Shown here: positions 1-8,255 of the stretch, piece by piece
Layout of the letters: each line of letters begins with the position of its first letter
Numbering within the stretch: position 1 is the stretch's first letter
DNA from: Patescibacteria group bacterium UBA7435
GTDB taxonomy: Bacteria > Patescibacteriota > Minisyncoccia > Phycocordibacterales > UBA918
Direction: 5' to 3'
Length of the DNA stretch: 64,000 bases
Assembly: GCA_002477545.1 (NCBI GenBank)
Contig: DLQJ01000016.1
Coordinates: 24,528-88,527 of the forward strand
Notes under the pieces: model-generated
The model's database searches: none
Told to the model about the DNA's origin: nothing
The model's input: only the letters and a program-made list of their open reading frames with translations
Made by a program: the position numbers and the translations under genes

Positions 1-156
1 GAGCGACGGGGCAGCGAGTTCTTGTGACTGAAAGGAATTAGAACTGGCGCCAAGTCCGATAGATAAAGCTTCCTCCTTTTTAAAACAAGAATCGGGGGTA
101 CTTAGTAGAAATTATACTTAGTGACTTGTGAGGACCAGAACGACAGACTTCCTCCA

Positions 157-185
157 TAGACCTCCCCCTAAACATATGCTACAAT
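157..185 (+). promoter_or_regulatory. Putative sigma70-like promoter (TAGACC-17-TACAAT) upstream of tRNA-Leu(TAG)
   Basis: TACAAT at 180-185 with a TTGACA-like hexamer 17 nt upstream; the tRNA starts ~30 nt downstream. Confidence 0.3.
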
Positions 186-214
186 CTCGCCACTCTAACA
201 GGGTACGTACACAT

Positions 215-298
215 GCGCGTGTGGCGGAATTGGTAGACGCGCTAGTTTTAGGCACTAGTGAGGCAACTCGTGGAGGTTCAAGTCCTCTCGCGCGCACA
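215..298 (+). tRNA. tRNA-Leu (anticodon TAG), long variable arm
   Basis: Cloverleaf read by eye: acceptor GCGCGTG/CGCGCGC, anticodon loop TTTAGGC, T-arm GGAGGTTCAAGTCCTCT, long variable arm; no encoded CCA. Confidence 0.85.
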
Positions 299-305
299 AA
301 CGGCA

Positions 306-343
306 GACCCAGAAAGCGATGCTTTCTGGGTCTTTGCCGTTTT
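306..343 (+). terminator. Rho-independent terminator after tRNA-Leu
   Basis: Perfect 12-bp stem gacccagaaagc/gctttctgggtc with gat loop, followed by tttgccgtttt. Confidence 0.6.
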
Positions 344-628
344 GACGTGTGAGAGGACTTGAACGGTTCGTTTCGGGGTCCCCCTGGGGTAAACGAACCG
401 CGACCAACGTTCTTATGAACGAAGTGAATTAGATAAGTGGGTCAAGTCCGATAAATATGCTTCTCAATTCTAAAATGTGGGAGTCGCGCCTTACGGGCCG
501 CAGTAGACCTTTTGGTTATATTGATTCGCTCCGCTCTCAATCTACCTCAAAAGCTTTTCGACTCCCACCCAGGAGAAAATAATAAAAGCCTAAAACTCCA
601 AGTATTCGTTTTAGGCTTTCTTATTCTG

Positions 629-701
629 AGTCCTGGGTGGGAGTCGAACCCACGCGTGTCGGTTTTGCAAACCGATGCGTTAACCACTTCGCCACCAGGA
701 C
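629..701 (-). tRNA. tRNA-Cys (anticodon GCA)
   Basis: Minus-strand cloverleaf: acceptor GTCCTGG/CCAGGAC, anticodon stem TCGGT/ACCGA with loop TTGCAAA, T-arm GTGGGTTCGACTCCCAC. Confidence 0.8.
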
Positions 702-769
702 TTTGGTTGCAACACTTTACCATCTATAGCTTACCAAACCAAGTAATTATGTTATCATGGCGCGCATAT

Positions 770-851
770 GCCGGGATGGTGGAATTGGTAGACACGCAGC
801 ACTTAAACTGCTGTGAGGCAACTCGTGCGGGTTCAAGTCCCGCTCCCGGCA
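770..851 (+). tRNA. tRNA-Leu (anticodon TAA)
   Basis: Acceptor GCCGGGA/TCCCGGC, anticodon loop CTTAAAC, long variable arm, T-arm GCGGGTTCAAGTCCCGC. Confidence 0.85.
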
Positions 852-914
852 CCTAAACAAAGCACGCCTCAGGGCGTGTTTTGTTGTGTCAGGAACGGGA
901 TTTAAAAATGAAGA

Positions 915-1937
915 CTACCTCAACTTCATCCGATGCTTCTTAAACGAATCCGGCTTATTCTTAAAATTATTTTGAGTCAGTACCTTTCTCATCTTCGCGG
1001 GCAACCGATCAAACGTCATACACTTGTACGAGCAGTACCCACTCTTCTTTTCGACACATCCCTCACACCCTAAGAAAAGGATATGACACGCTTGGTTCTT
1101 GCAGTGATGATGGGTATCACTTTTATTTTTTGCACATAAGTGACACGTTGAAATAATTTCTTCTCCAATACGTTCTCCCATACGTTCATCAAACACAAAG
1201 TTCTTTCCTTTAAATTTATTCTCAAGGCCCTCTTGCTCTACCTGGTGCTTGTAGTCGATGATCCCTCCCTTAAGGTGTCGTACGTCAGTAAAACCATTAT
1301 GTTTCAACCAAGCACTTGCCTTCTCACAGCGGATACCCCCTGTGCAATACAATGCCACTTTCTTATTCTTGTGAATTTTCAATGTCTCTGGTGTCACCGC
1401 AAGCTCCTCTCTGAAGGTATCAACATCAGGGCAAACAGCATTCTCAAAGTGGCCAATTTCACTCTCATACCCATTACGCATATCAATCACCACAGCCTCC
1501 GGATCCTCTACATACTCATTCATCTCTTTAGCAGTAAGGTACGCTCCTGTATCAGTGACATCAAATGAATCGTCGTCCAAGCCATCAGCCACAATCTTTC
1601 CTTTTACGCGCACCACAAGTTTATAAAACGACGATGCTGACCCTTCCTCAACAGCAATTTTGTATGGGACACCCGCAAACTCCTTCTTTGACTTCATAAA
1701 TGCATCAAACTGATCCCAGTGTTTCTTAGGAACACTCATCTGTGCGTTAATTCCCTCGTGGGCAACATAAATACGACCAAGACATCCTAAACTACCGAAG
1801 CGTTCTAAAAGCTCATTACGAAGCTTCTTAGGCTCAGCAATCTGCACATATTTATAAAACGACAGAGTAACGCGTTCAATACCATCTTTGGCAATTTCCG
1901 CTTTTTTCTCTGCACGAGGTCGTAAATCCTTTTTCAT
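915..1937 (-). CDS. trhO: Rhodanese-domain tRNA U34 hydroxylase TrhO/YceA-like protein with C-terminal Cys-rich zinc ribbon
   Basis: 340-aa ORF; rhodanese active-site region CTGGIRCEKAS; UPF0176-like N-terminus; C-terminal CxxC/HHHC cluster. Confidence 0.7.
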   Translation of the reverse strand: MKKDLRPRAEKKAEIAKDGIERVTLSFYKYVQIAEPKKLRNELLERFGSLGCLGRIYVAHEGINAQMSVPKKHWDQFDAFMKSKKEFAGVPYKIAVEEGSASSFYKLVVRVKGKIVADGLDDDSFDVTDTGAYLTAKEMNEYVEDPEAVVIDMRNGYESEIGHFENAVCPDVDTFREELAVTPETLKIHKNKKVALYCTGGIRCEKASAWLKHNGFTDVRHLKGGIIDYKHQVEQEGLENKFKGKNFVFDERMGERIGEEIISTCHLCAKNKSDTHHHCKNQACHILFLGCEGCVEKKSGYCSYKCMTFDRLPAKMRKVLTQNNFKNKPDSFKKHRMKLR

Positions 1938-1992
1938 ACCTAATTGCCATGCATCATACAGAAACAGTGCGGATTATTCAATCATTTCAATC

Positions 1993-2322
1993 TTACGGAG
2001 CAACTACTGCACCACAACTCACACTAGGAATACCAATGCCAAACGTACCTGCTGCAATACTCAAAAGTGCCATAGCCGAAAGCATTACCAACATTCCAAT
2101 AACACCATAGAGAAGATGCTGTCTGCCAACTTCGCGAGCTGACTCATTATTTGCATTTTTTACATACTCAAACGCACCATACAGAAAGTACAGAAACGCT
2201 AGTGCCATCAATAGTGTAATGAGAGGAAAAAGGATGGCTTCATTAATTCTATTTACAAAACATTGTGCAGCTATTTGTGCATCAGTTGCCTGTGCATGCG
2301 CAGTGTGTATGAGACTAAACAT
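1993..2322 (-). CDS. Pilin-like small membrane protein, paralog 1 of 4 (CPR T4SS-pilin/TrbC-like family)
   Basis: Two hydrophobic helices flank the motif FLYGAFEYVKNANNESAREVGRQ shared with the ORFs at 4894, 5353 and 5603; start chosen at the internal Met (MFSL...). Confidence 0.45.
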   Translation of the reverse strand: MFSLIHTAHAQATDAQIAAQCFVNRINEAILFPLITLLMALAFLYFLYGAFEYVKNANNESAREVGRQHLLYGVIGMLVMLSAMALLSIAAGTFGIGIPSVSCGAVVAP

Positions 2323-2460
2323 AGCTCTATTATACACACCCTTTACACCCACAACGGGTGTTTTCCGCGGAAAACACCCGTTGTGGACTTCTATCAGACA
2401 CTCAAATATCATAATATGGCTATTAATAGACCTTTACCCCTAAAATAACAACCTTTTTCA

Positions 2461-2489
2461 TTGACTTTTAGCTTATTTTGTGCTATTAT
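2461..2489 (+). promoter_or_regulatory. Putative sigma70 promoter TTGACT-17-TATTAT for the 2625 operon
   Basis: Near-consensus -35 and -10 hexamers with 17-nt spacer; AAGGAG RBS 8 nt before the ATG at 2625. Confidence 0.4.
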
Positions 2490-2624
2490 AGTAAGTGGAG
2501 TAGCGTAATGCATCTTCCCCTTTTGGTTTGCATGTGCAGACAAAAACGGAGAGGCGCATCCGCGCTATATATAAATTGTGATTAGTTAACACTGCTCACA
2601 CAGAACCTTGAAAAGGAGCATACT

Positions 2625-4100
2625 ATGTTCTCTAGAACCAAAAAGGCCTTCGCGGCCACCAAGAAACGTTTTACCTCTTTGCGTAAACGTTTTAAAAGAA
2701 CCCCTCGTACTGAGGAAACTTATTACAGGAGGGATCTTACGCGGGTTTGTTTATTTTTGCTTTTTGTCTTCATTACATACACAAAGGTACCAAACCCATT
2801 CTCTGAAATGATCTTCGGTGGTGTCGCTCTGTTGGTATTGCTACCGTTCATTCTTCCGCTGATTCCCGGCTTTGTAAATGCACTTGCAAACAAGCCTAAT
2901 GTTAAGCGGATCAAAACTAATGAGTCCATTGCTGAGCTAAACACGCAAGATGAAGACGAAATTGAACCAATCGTGACAGTTCGAGTTAATACCACAGATG
3001 ACTACAAACCTCACACTCTTGCATTTTTTACCTTCCTTGAACCAGGACGAGCAAAAATAATTGAGCGTGGCGATCGATTCATCCGCATACTTATGCGTTA
3101 TGACGATCATTCGTTTCGTGGAGAGACATCGCTTCGAACAAAAACGAGTACTGGCAAAGATCTTGCAAAAGGGCCTATTGCGCGCAATGAAGCTGCCTTC
3201 TGGGATGTTATAAAAACACCTAAAGGTGAACTTGATACACATCCTATATCAACTTCGTTACGCAGAGGTCATTTCGATCTTGTATGGCTTTGGTCTCGCT
3301 ACGTGTACCGGATCACTGGTGCTGTTTTTACCGGCATACCGCCGTTTCAAACAGTACGAACTTACAAGCTTTCTCGTCTTCTGAAAGTTCCTGCCGAAAA
3401 AGGTGGGTACGACTTTGAAGTAGAGACTGACTACAGTGATCATTTTCGGGCTTCATATTTCCAGTTCTTTGTTCGGATTGATGAGGCAGAAACCCAAGAC
3501 CAAGCGCCTTTGGATATTGACTTTGCCGCGACACTTCGTGTGCAAAATCCATACCAAACAGCGTATGAAGCAGCCGATTGGTCTACCCAATTTACAACTG
3601 CTTTGACTAATGTGATTCTCAATCACATTCGAGGTCTCACCCGTAGTGAGGTTACTGCTGAAGATACTAGTGATGCTAGTTATCATGCCAAAAGGCTTTC
3701 GTCAGCTGGCATGAGAATCAATAAGGGCGATAAAACAAGTCACATCATTGCAATTCCAAAATTTGGACTTAAAATGGATAAACTTGAAACGCTTAGTATC
3801 AAAGTAGCAGACAAGGAGCTTAAGGAAGCTCTTGCCGGGATCGCTAAATCAGAAGCTCGTGCAACTGCACGAGTAAATGAAGGTGACGCAGAGGCTGCAG
3901 CACAAGGAGCACTCATGAAGAAAGCAGCAACTCACGGTCGCTTTGGCGAGCTTGTAGTTACTACCGAACGTGATGTCCGTACAGCAAAAGCTGCGGGCGT
4001 AAACGGTGGTAGCGTAATTGTAAACACAGGAGGACAGCAAGGAGGGGTAGATTCCAAAACTGCATTTCTCCGGGAAAGTCTTGAAAGGATAAACCCATGA
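2625..4100 (+). CDS. Membrane protein with SPFH/band-7 (flotillin-like) domain (tentative)
   Basis: 491 aa with N-terminal TM segment; LEPGRAKIIERGDRFIRIL resembles the start of the SPFH core; C-terminal Ala/Glu-rich coiled region (EARATARVNEGDAEAAAQGA) typical of flotillin-like proteins; strong RBS. Confidence 0.4.
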   Translation: MFSRTKKAFAATKKRFTSLRKRFKRTPRTEETYYRRDLTRVCLFLLFVFITYTKVPNPFSEMIFGGVALLVLLPFILPLIPGFVNALANKPNVKRIKTNESIAELNTQDEDEIEPIVTVRVNTTDDYKPHTLAFFTFLEPGRAKIIERGDRFIRILMRYDDHSFRGETSLRTKTSTGKDLAKGPIARNEAAFWDVIKTPKGELDTHPISTSLRRGHFDLVWLWSRYVYRITGAVFTGIPPFQTVRTYKLSRLLKVPAEKGGYDFEVETDYSDHFRASYFQFFVRIDEAETQDQAPLDIDFAATLRVQNPYQTAYEAADWSTQFTTALTNVILNHIRGLTRSEVTAEDTSDASYHAKRLSSAGMRINKGDKTSHIIAIPKFGLKMDKLETLSIKVADKELKEALAGIAKSEARATARVNEGDAEAAAQGALMKKAATHGRFGELVVTTERDVRTAKAAGVNGGSVIVNTGGQQGGVDSKTAFLRESLERINP

Positions 4101-4843
4101 CAGGAGTAATAGTTGGATTTGTAGTCCTGGGAATTATAGCGTTGATTGTTATACTTTTCGGGACTCTCGTCTTTACCTCCGCCCTTGCGGGCGGAGGCAT
4201 TACTGCAAGATTACCCAACATGGGTAACTTCACAAAGCCTTTTCTCTTACTTCTTGGAATTGGATTAGCTTTGTATTTTGGGCCTACGGTTTTTTCAAGC
4301 CTTAGCTCTAAAAATTGGATGCCTGATATCTCACTCTGGTTAATTATATCTCTGCTGGTAACAGCGGGACTTATCGCAGTTGGATTTCTTGGTCTCTACA
4401 GAGAACCAGAGATCAGCAATGCTGCAATGTGGTTTGTCAGGATTTTGATTGCCATCTTTACACTTATTTCCATCAGCTGGTTCCTTTGGGGATCAGAAGC
4501 TGTGGAAAATCGGTACGAAGATATACAAGATTGGAAATGGGAAAACTCATGGTTTTCTTCAAACCCAACGCCAGGAACCACTGAAGTCACTCAAGTGGTC
4601 TACATGGGTCGTGCAAACGGTTCTGTATATACTTTAAGTGATGAATACTGGACCATGTTTGACTGGCCTGACAACGGCTACTGCGTTCATGTTCCAGGTA
4701 ATACTGCAGGAGTTCTTGACCGTGCTAACGACGGTCGAGATGAATACTCCCTACTTAGTCGTGTTGCTGGGAAGAAAGTACGCGTGTATACGCTTGCTCC
4801 TGGTGAATCGATTGGGGACTATACATGTCCCAAGCTAACATGA
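4097..4843 (+). CDS. Polytopic membrane protein with C-terminal soluble domain (possible NfeD-like partner of the SPFH protein)
   Basis: 248 aa with 4-5 N-terminal TM helices; ATGA stop/start overlap with the upstream ORF indicates translational coupling. Confidence 0.4.
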   Translation: MTGVIVGFVVLGIIALIVILFGTLVFTSALAGGGITARLPNMGNFTKPFLLLLGIGLALYFGPTVFSSLSSKNWMPDISLWLIISLLVTAGLIAVGFLGLYREPEISNAAMWFVRILIAIFTLISISWFLWGSEAVENRYEDIQDWKWENSWFSSNPTPGTTEVTQVVYMGRANGSVYTLSDEYWTMFDWPDNGYCVHVPGNTAGVLDRANDGRDEYSLLSRVAGKKVRVYTLAPGESIGDYTCPKLT

Positions 4844-4847
4844 AAAA

Positions 4848-4879
4848 AGGCCCCGCAAAATGCGGGGCCTTTCTTATTT
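4848..4879. terminator. Bidirectional rho-independent terminator
   Basis: aggccccgcaaaatgcggggcct hairpin flanked by A-run and T-run, between convergent genes. Confidence 0.6.
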
Positions 4880-4893
4880 CAAAAATACTGAAA

Positions 4894-5262
4894 TTATCGG
4901 TTGTTTGAGGGTACATTTGGAATGTTTTGGATATCTTGATCATCTGAGAATCCAAGTCCTCCAGCAATCAAGTTTACAATACCAAATACTGAAACCATGA
5001 TAACGAATCCTACAATCGCGTATACCATCAGTTTCTTTCCTTCTTCCCGTGAGTCTTCGTCTCCACCTCCAAGGATGAAGTACTTGAAGATACCGTAAAT
5101 GAATACAAGTAGTGCAAAAGCAAATACCAACGGGATCAATGTTCCGTTAATAAATGAGGAGATATCATCAACGAAATCGTTGATTCCACCAAACTGTGCA
5201 GCTGCAACACCTGGAAGTACCATAAGTGCCAGTGCCAGCGTATAGATACTAATTTTTTTCAT
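4894..5262 (-). CDS. Pilin-like small membrane protein, paralog 2
   Basis: Signal peptide MKKISIYTLALALMVLPGVAAA, then helix, IYGIFKYFILGGGDEDSREEGKK motif, then helix. Confidence 0.5.
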   Translation of the reverse strand: MKKISIYTLALALMVLPGVAAAQFGGINDFVDDISSFINGTLIPLVFAFALLVFIYGIFKYFILGGGDEDSREEGKKLMVYAIVGFVIMVSVFGIVNLIAGGLGFSDDQDIQNIPNVPSNNR

Positions 5263-5352
5263 ACTCTGCATTATCATAAATTTATAAGTTGATGTGTCTA
5301 TTATACAAGATTTTTACGTATATTAAATGTATATACTCCATTGTGTGCATAT

Positions 5353-5601
5353 CTAGATCAACCCAAAGGAATCTTGCAACAACTGGAGTATACCCCAGAT
5401 ACCAAACATAAACACGAATGCCACTACGGCAGCGACCGCAATCTTCTTCCCTTCTTCAACACTGTTTTCATCCCCCCCATTGATAATCCATGCTTTTATA
5501 ATCCCCCACGCGAAAACAATGAAAGTAAGTGCGAATACAACTGGCACTAACAGTGATATTAATCCGGTAAATACACCAACGAGATCTGCAAAATTATTCA
5601 T
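5353..5601 (-). CDS. Pilin-like small membrane protein, paralog 3
   Basis: 82 aa; helix, then AWGIIKAWIINGGDENSVEEGKK motif, then helix; same architecture as the neighbours. Confidence 0.5.
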   Translation of the reverse strand: MNNFADLVGVFTGLISLLVPVVFALTFIVFAWGIIKAWIINGGDENSVEEGKKIAVAAVVAFVFMFGIWGILQLLQDSFGLI

Positions 5602-5602
5602 A

Positions 5603-6025
5603 TTACGAAGTTATTTGTCCTACAGTACCAGTAATCACTGTAAGTAGCACGTTTGCACCTAAGATCAACAATCCACCAATAAGTGCGTAGAGTAGCGCAT
5701 TATGTGCTCTTTTTATCGTCTCAGCGTTACCTCGTGCGGTTACATACAAGAACCCCGCGTAGATAATAAAGAACACCACAAACGGTATTGCAAAGATTAT
5801 GAGAATATCAATAATCGCTTGGAAGAACGCAGGGATGGTGCTGATACTGGAATCCAGAGGATTAAGCAGCTGACCACTTCCTGGTGTTATGCTAGGCCCT
5901 GAACCTATGCCATCAGTTCCGCTAGGACCGGACCCTGTACCACCACCAGTTCCACTAGAACCAGATCCTAGTTTCCCAAATGTAATTAATGGAAAAAGTA
6001 ACAAGACTATCAAAAAATACTTCAT
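5603..6025 (-). CDS. Pilin-like small membrane protein, paralog 4, with Gly/Ser/Thr-rich N-terminal extension
   Basis: Signal peptide, low-complexity GSGSSGTGGGTGSGPSGTDG linker, then the conserved helix-YAGFLYVTARGNAETIKR-helix module. Confidence 0.5.
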   Translation of the reverse strand: MKYFLIVLLLFPLITFGKLGSGSSGTGGGTGSGPSGTDGIGSGPSITPGSGQLLNPLDSSISTIPAFFQAIIDILIIFAIPFVVFFIIYAGFLYVTARGNAETIKRAHNALLYALIGGLLILGANVLLTVITGTVGQITS

Positions 6026-6026
6026 A

Positions 6027-7331
6027 CTAATATTCCAAAATTAAACGATTAACGGCATCACTCACTGCTTGATTGATAAGAGCACGATTTGAAACAACGT
6101 CCTCTACCATTTGCATCAAGATGCTATCTGAGGCACTTGGATCTGGATCAAGCCAGCCTCGTGCAATAAGTGCACTCTGGAACATCGTTGCTCTAAATGC
6201 ACCGTTGTCACCCTTTCCAATCACGTCACGACGCACTGGCGCCATATTCAAACCAATAGTCAGGTCACTCACAAAGCGCGCAGAAGAAATGGTATTCATT
6301 GCAGTAAATGCACCCTGCGGATTTGCTGAAGCGCGCGGGATTGCAAATCCATAGAAATCACCGTATGTTCGAAGTGCTGTTGCGGAAGTACCCTGCGGAA
6401 CTGTGGTTATATCAAAGTTAAGATTAGGATTCTTCTCATCAATACCCACTGCTTCAGAACCAAGTCCAAAGTAGAGTGCTAAATCACCTGAAATAAAGGC
6501 ATTTTTATCTTCCGGCATTGCACGGTTCCAAGTATACAATGTACTGTTTACATCACTAAAGCCCGTAAAAAAACTCAGCGCACTCTCAAGTGGTGCAGCT
6601 GTAGGCCCTTCAGACTTATTGATACTAACAACATATCCTCGTTCGTTTTCAGTCACCATAGAACTTCCTGTTTGGATCGCTAAAAGTGCGAGAATATCTT
6701 TCGCATGGTTCACGTTTCGGAATTCACCAAAAGAAAGAGCACTTTGTGAAACATTACGACTACTGTCGGTTACGGTAATGCGCGGCACTACTTGTGAGGT
6801 AACTTCAGCCCAATTACGAGGCGCTTGTGCGAAGCCATGTGAAGAGAACGTATCTCTATTCCAATACATAAGCAACGGATCAACTGCAAATGGAATTGCG
6901 TAGATACCATCTCGCAGTGCAAAAATATCAGCGCCGTCTACGTATGTATTACGGTATGTATTTAACGGCACGGATTCATACGGAACAGGAAGCAGTTTCG
7001 CTCGGTGTTTTACTAAGCTATCACTCTTCAGCACAATCATGTCAGGTGAGCGACCTTCTGCAATAGCGTTGATAAGTTCATCATCAAAGTCACGTGCATC
7101 TATCTCGCGATACTGCACGACATTAAACGCCTTATCTTCTTGCGAAATATTGCGAAACGCTGTTTCAAACACAAGAGCTGGCAACGTCCCCCACACAACA
7201 ACGCTGTCACCATAGACAACATCTTCTTCTGAAGGCTTCCCTTGGAAGTTAGCTAACAAAACCAAAGCAAAAAACGCCATGAAACCAAAACCGGCAAGGA
7301 GAATTATTTGGAATGGGCGTAAATTCATCAT
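6027..7331 (-). CDS. Membrane-anchored extracellular solute-binding-protein-like protein (SBP family 1-like)
   Basis: 434 aa with N-terminal TM anchor; VVVWGT...SPDMIVL pattern resembles ABC substrate-binding proteins; directly abuts the pilin-like genes on the same strand. Confidence 0.45.
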   Translation of the reverse strand: MMNLRPFQIILLAGFGFMAFFALVLLANFQGKPSEEDVVYGDSVVVWGTLPALVFETAFRNISQEDKAFNVVQYREIDARDFDDELINAIAEGRSPDMIVLKSDSLVKHRAKLLPVPYESVPLNTYRNTYVDGADIFALRDGIYAIPFAVDPLLMYWNRDTFSSHGFAQAPRNWAEVTSQVVPRITVTDSSRNVSQSALSFGEFRNVNHAKDILALLAIQTGSSMVTENERGYVVSINKSEGPTAAPLESALSFFTGFSDVNSTLYTWNRAMPEDKNAFISGDLALYFGLGSEAVGIDEKNPNLNFDITTVPQGTSATALRTYGDFYGFAIPRASANPQGAFTAMNTISSARFVSDLTIGLNMAPVRRDVIGKGDNGAFRATMFQSALIARGWLDPDPSASDSILMQMVEDVVSNRALINQAVSDAVNRLILEY

Positions 7332-7338
7332 GTGTATA

Positions 7339-7905
7339 TTATATCTTACGTAGTGCTAATCCGTAGTGATGATCCCCCGCATCAAAAGATCGATCAAAGG
7401 TAAAACCTTGTTGTTCAGCAAGTGCCCGAACAGTTTCCTCAGTAACTACAGCATCAGGCTGTGGACCTAAGCCACCAAATGATTCTGACCAGTCAATAAT
7501 AAATAACTTCCCGCCACTGCGTAGTGTCCGAGCAAGCTCTTGCAAGGCAACCGCCTGTTCTTCAAACTGAAAGAAAGTGTTAACCACAATTGCAGTATCA
7601 AGTACGCCATCAGGAACCTTAGTACCTCCAATGTCTTCAACGTCGCCCCATAGTGGCCGCACTTGCGTCAGACCTTTGGTTCGTGCAATTTCGCCAAGTT
7701 TTTCTACTAAGTCTTTTTGAATTTCAGACACATATACCACACCTTCTTTCCCAACAAGCTGTGCGAGCACTTCCATAAAGTACCCACTGCCTGCACCAAA
7801 ATCAGCAACAGTATCTCCCTCTCGAATATGGAAATGTGTAGCAACCACCGCAGGCTCAACAAACCGCCCCTGCAAATTAGGTGTCACCGATGAAGTATCT
7901 AACAT
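7339..7905 (-). CDS. Class I SAM-dependent methyltransferase
   Basis: Motif I DFGAGSGYF and Rossmann-fold pattern. Confidence 0.7.
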   Translation of the reverse strand: MLDTSSVTPNLQGRFVEPAVVATHFHIREGDTVADFGAGSGYFMEVLAQLVGKEGVVYVSEIQKDLVEKLGEIARTKGLTQVRPLWGDVEDIGGTKVPDGVLDTAIVVNTFFQFEEQAVALQELARTLRSGGKLFIIDWSESFGGLGPQPDAVVTEETVRALAEQQGFTFDRSFDAGDHHYGLALRKI

Positions 7906-8063
7906 AGGGATAGTATACCAGTACCGATCTACATATATAGGTGAGGATGTAGAGAACAGTGGTGATCTGTTGTGATTTTTTACAAGGTGTATTATTAAGT
8001 TGTTGGATACCTTAACTGATATACGTCCCTTGGGAAAAGTCTCACGACGCCCTTCAATAATTC

Positions 8064-8094
8064 AAAAGGGATGACCTTGGTCATCCCTTTTTTC
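8064..8094. terminator. Bidirectional terminator hairpin
   Basis: aaaagggatgaccttggtcatcccttttttc. Confidence 0.5.
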
Positions 8095-8128
8095 TATTCA
8101 AATTTTAAAATACAAAGTCCAGTTTGGC

Positions 8129-8255
8129 AAAAATCTCTAGAAATTGCGTGAGATGTGCGGAAGACAAGAAAAAAGACCCGAGCGGGACACGTGTCCAGCG
8201 AGGGTCTTTTTATCGCAGTCTGACAACGCAGATTGCGTGATTTCTAGAGATTTTT
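8129..8255. repeat. MITE-like intergenic repeat, copy A: 16-bp terminal inverted repeats enclosing a terminator-like hairpin; abuts the gyrA stop codon
   Basis: TIRs aaaaatctctagaaat / atttctagagattttt; internal gaagacaagaaaaaaga motif plus ggacacgtgtcc hairpin and T-run; ~75% identical to the copy at 57601-57730. Confidence 0.55.

Noticed and set aside
128-856. ORF-track ORFs 128-352 and 512-856 (74 and 114 aa)
   Set aside because: They are read straight through tRNA-Leu(TAG), tRNA-Cys and tRNA-Leu(TAA) and their terminator hairpins. They have no RBS and their composition is a tRNA artefact.
2625-4100. Stop-codon reassignment (UGA=Gly/Trp), as seen in some CPR
   Set aside because: TGA terminates this gene in an ATGA overlap with a downstream start, and again at 37851. 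RF2 (which reads UGA) is encoded.
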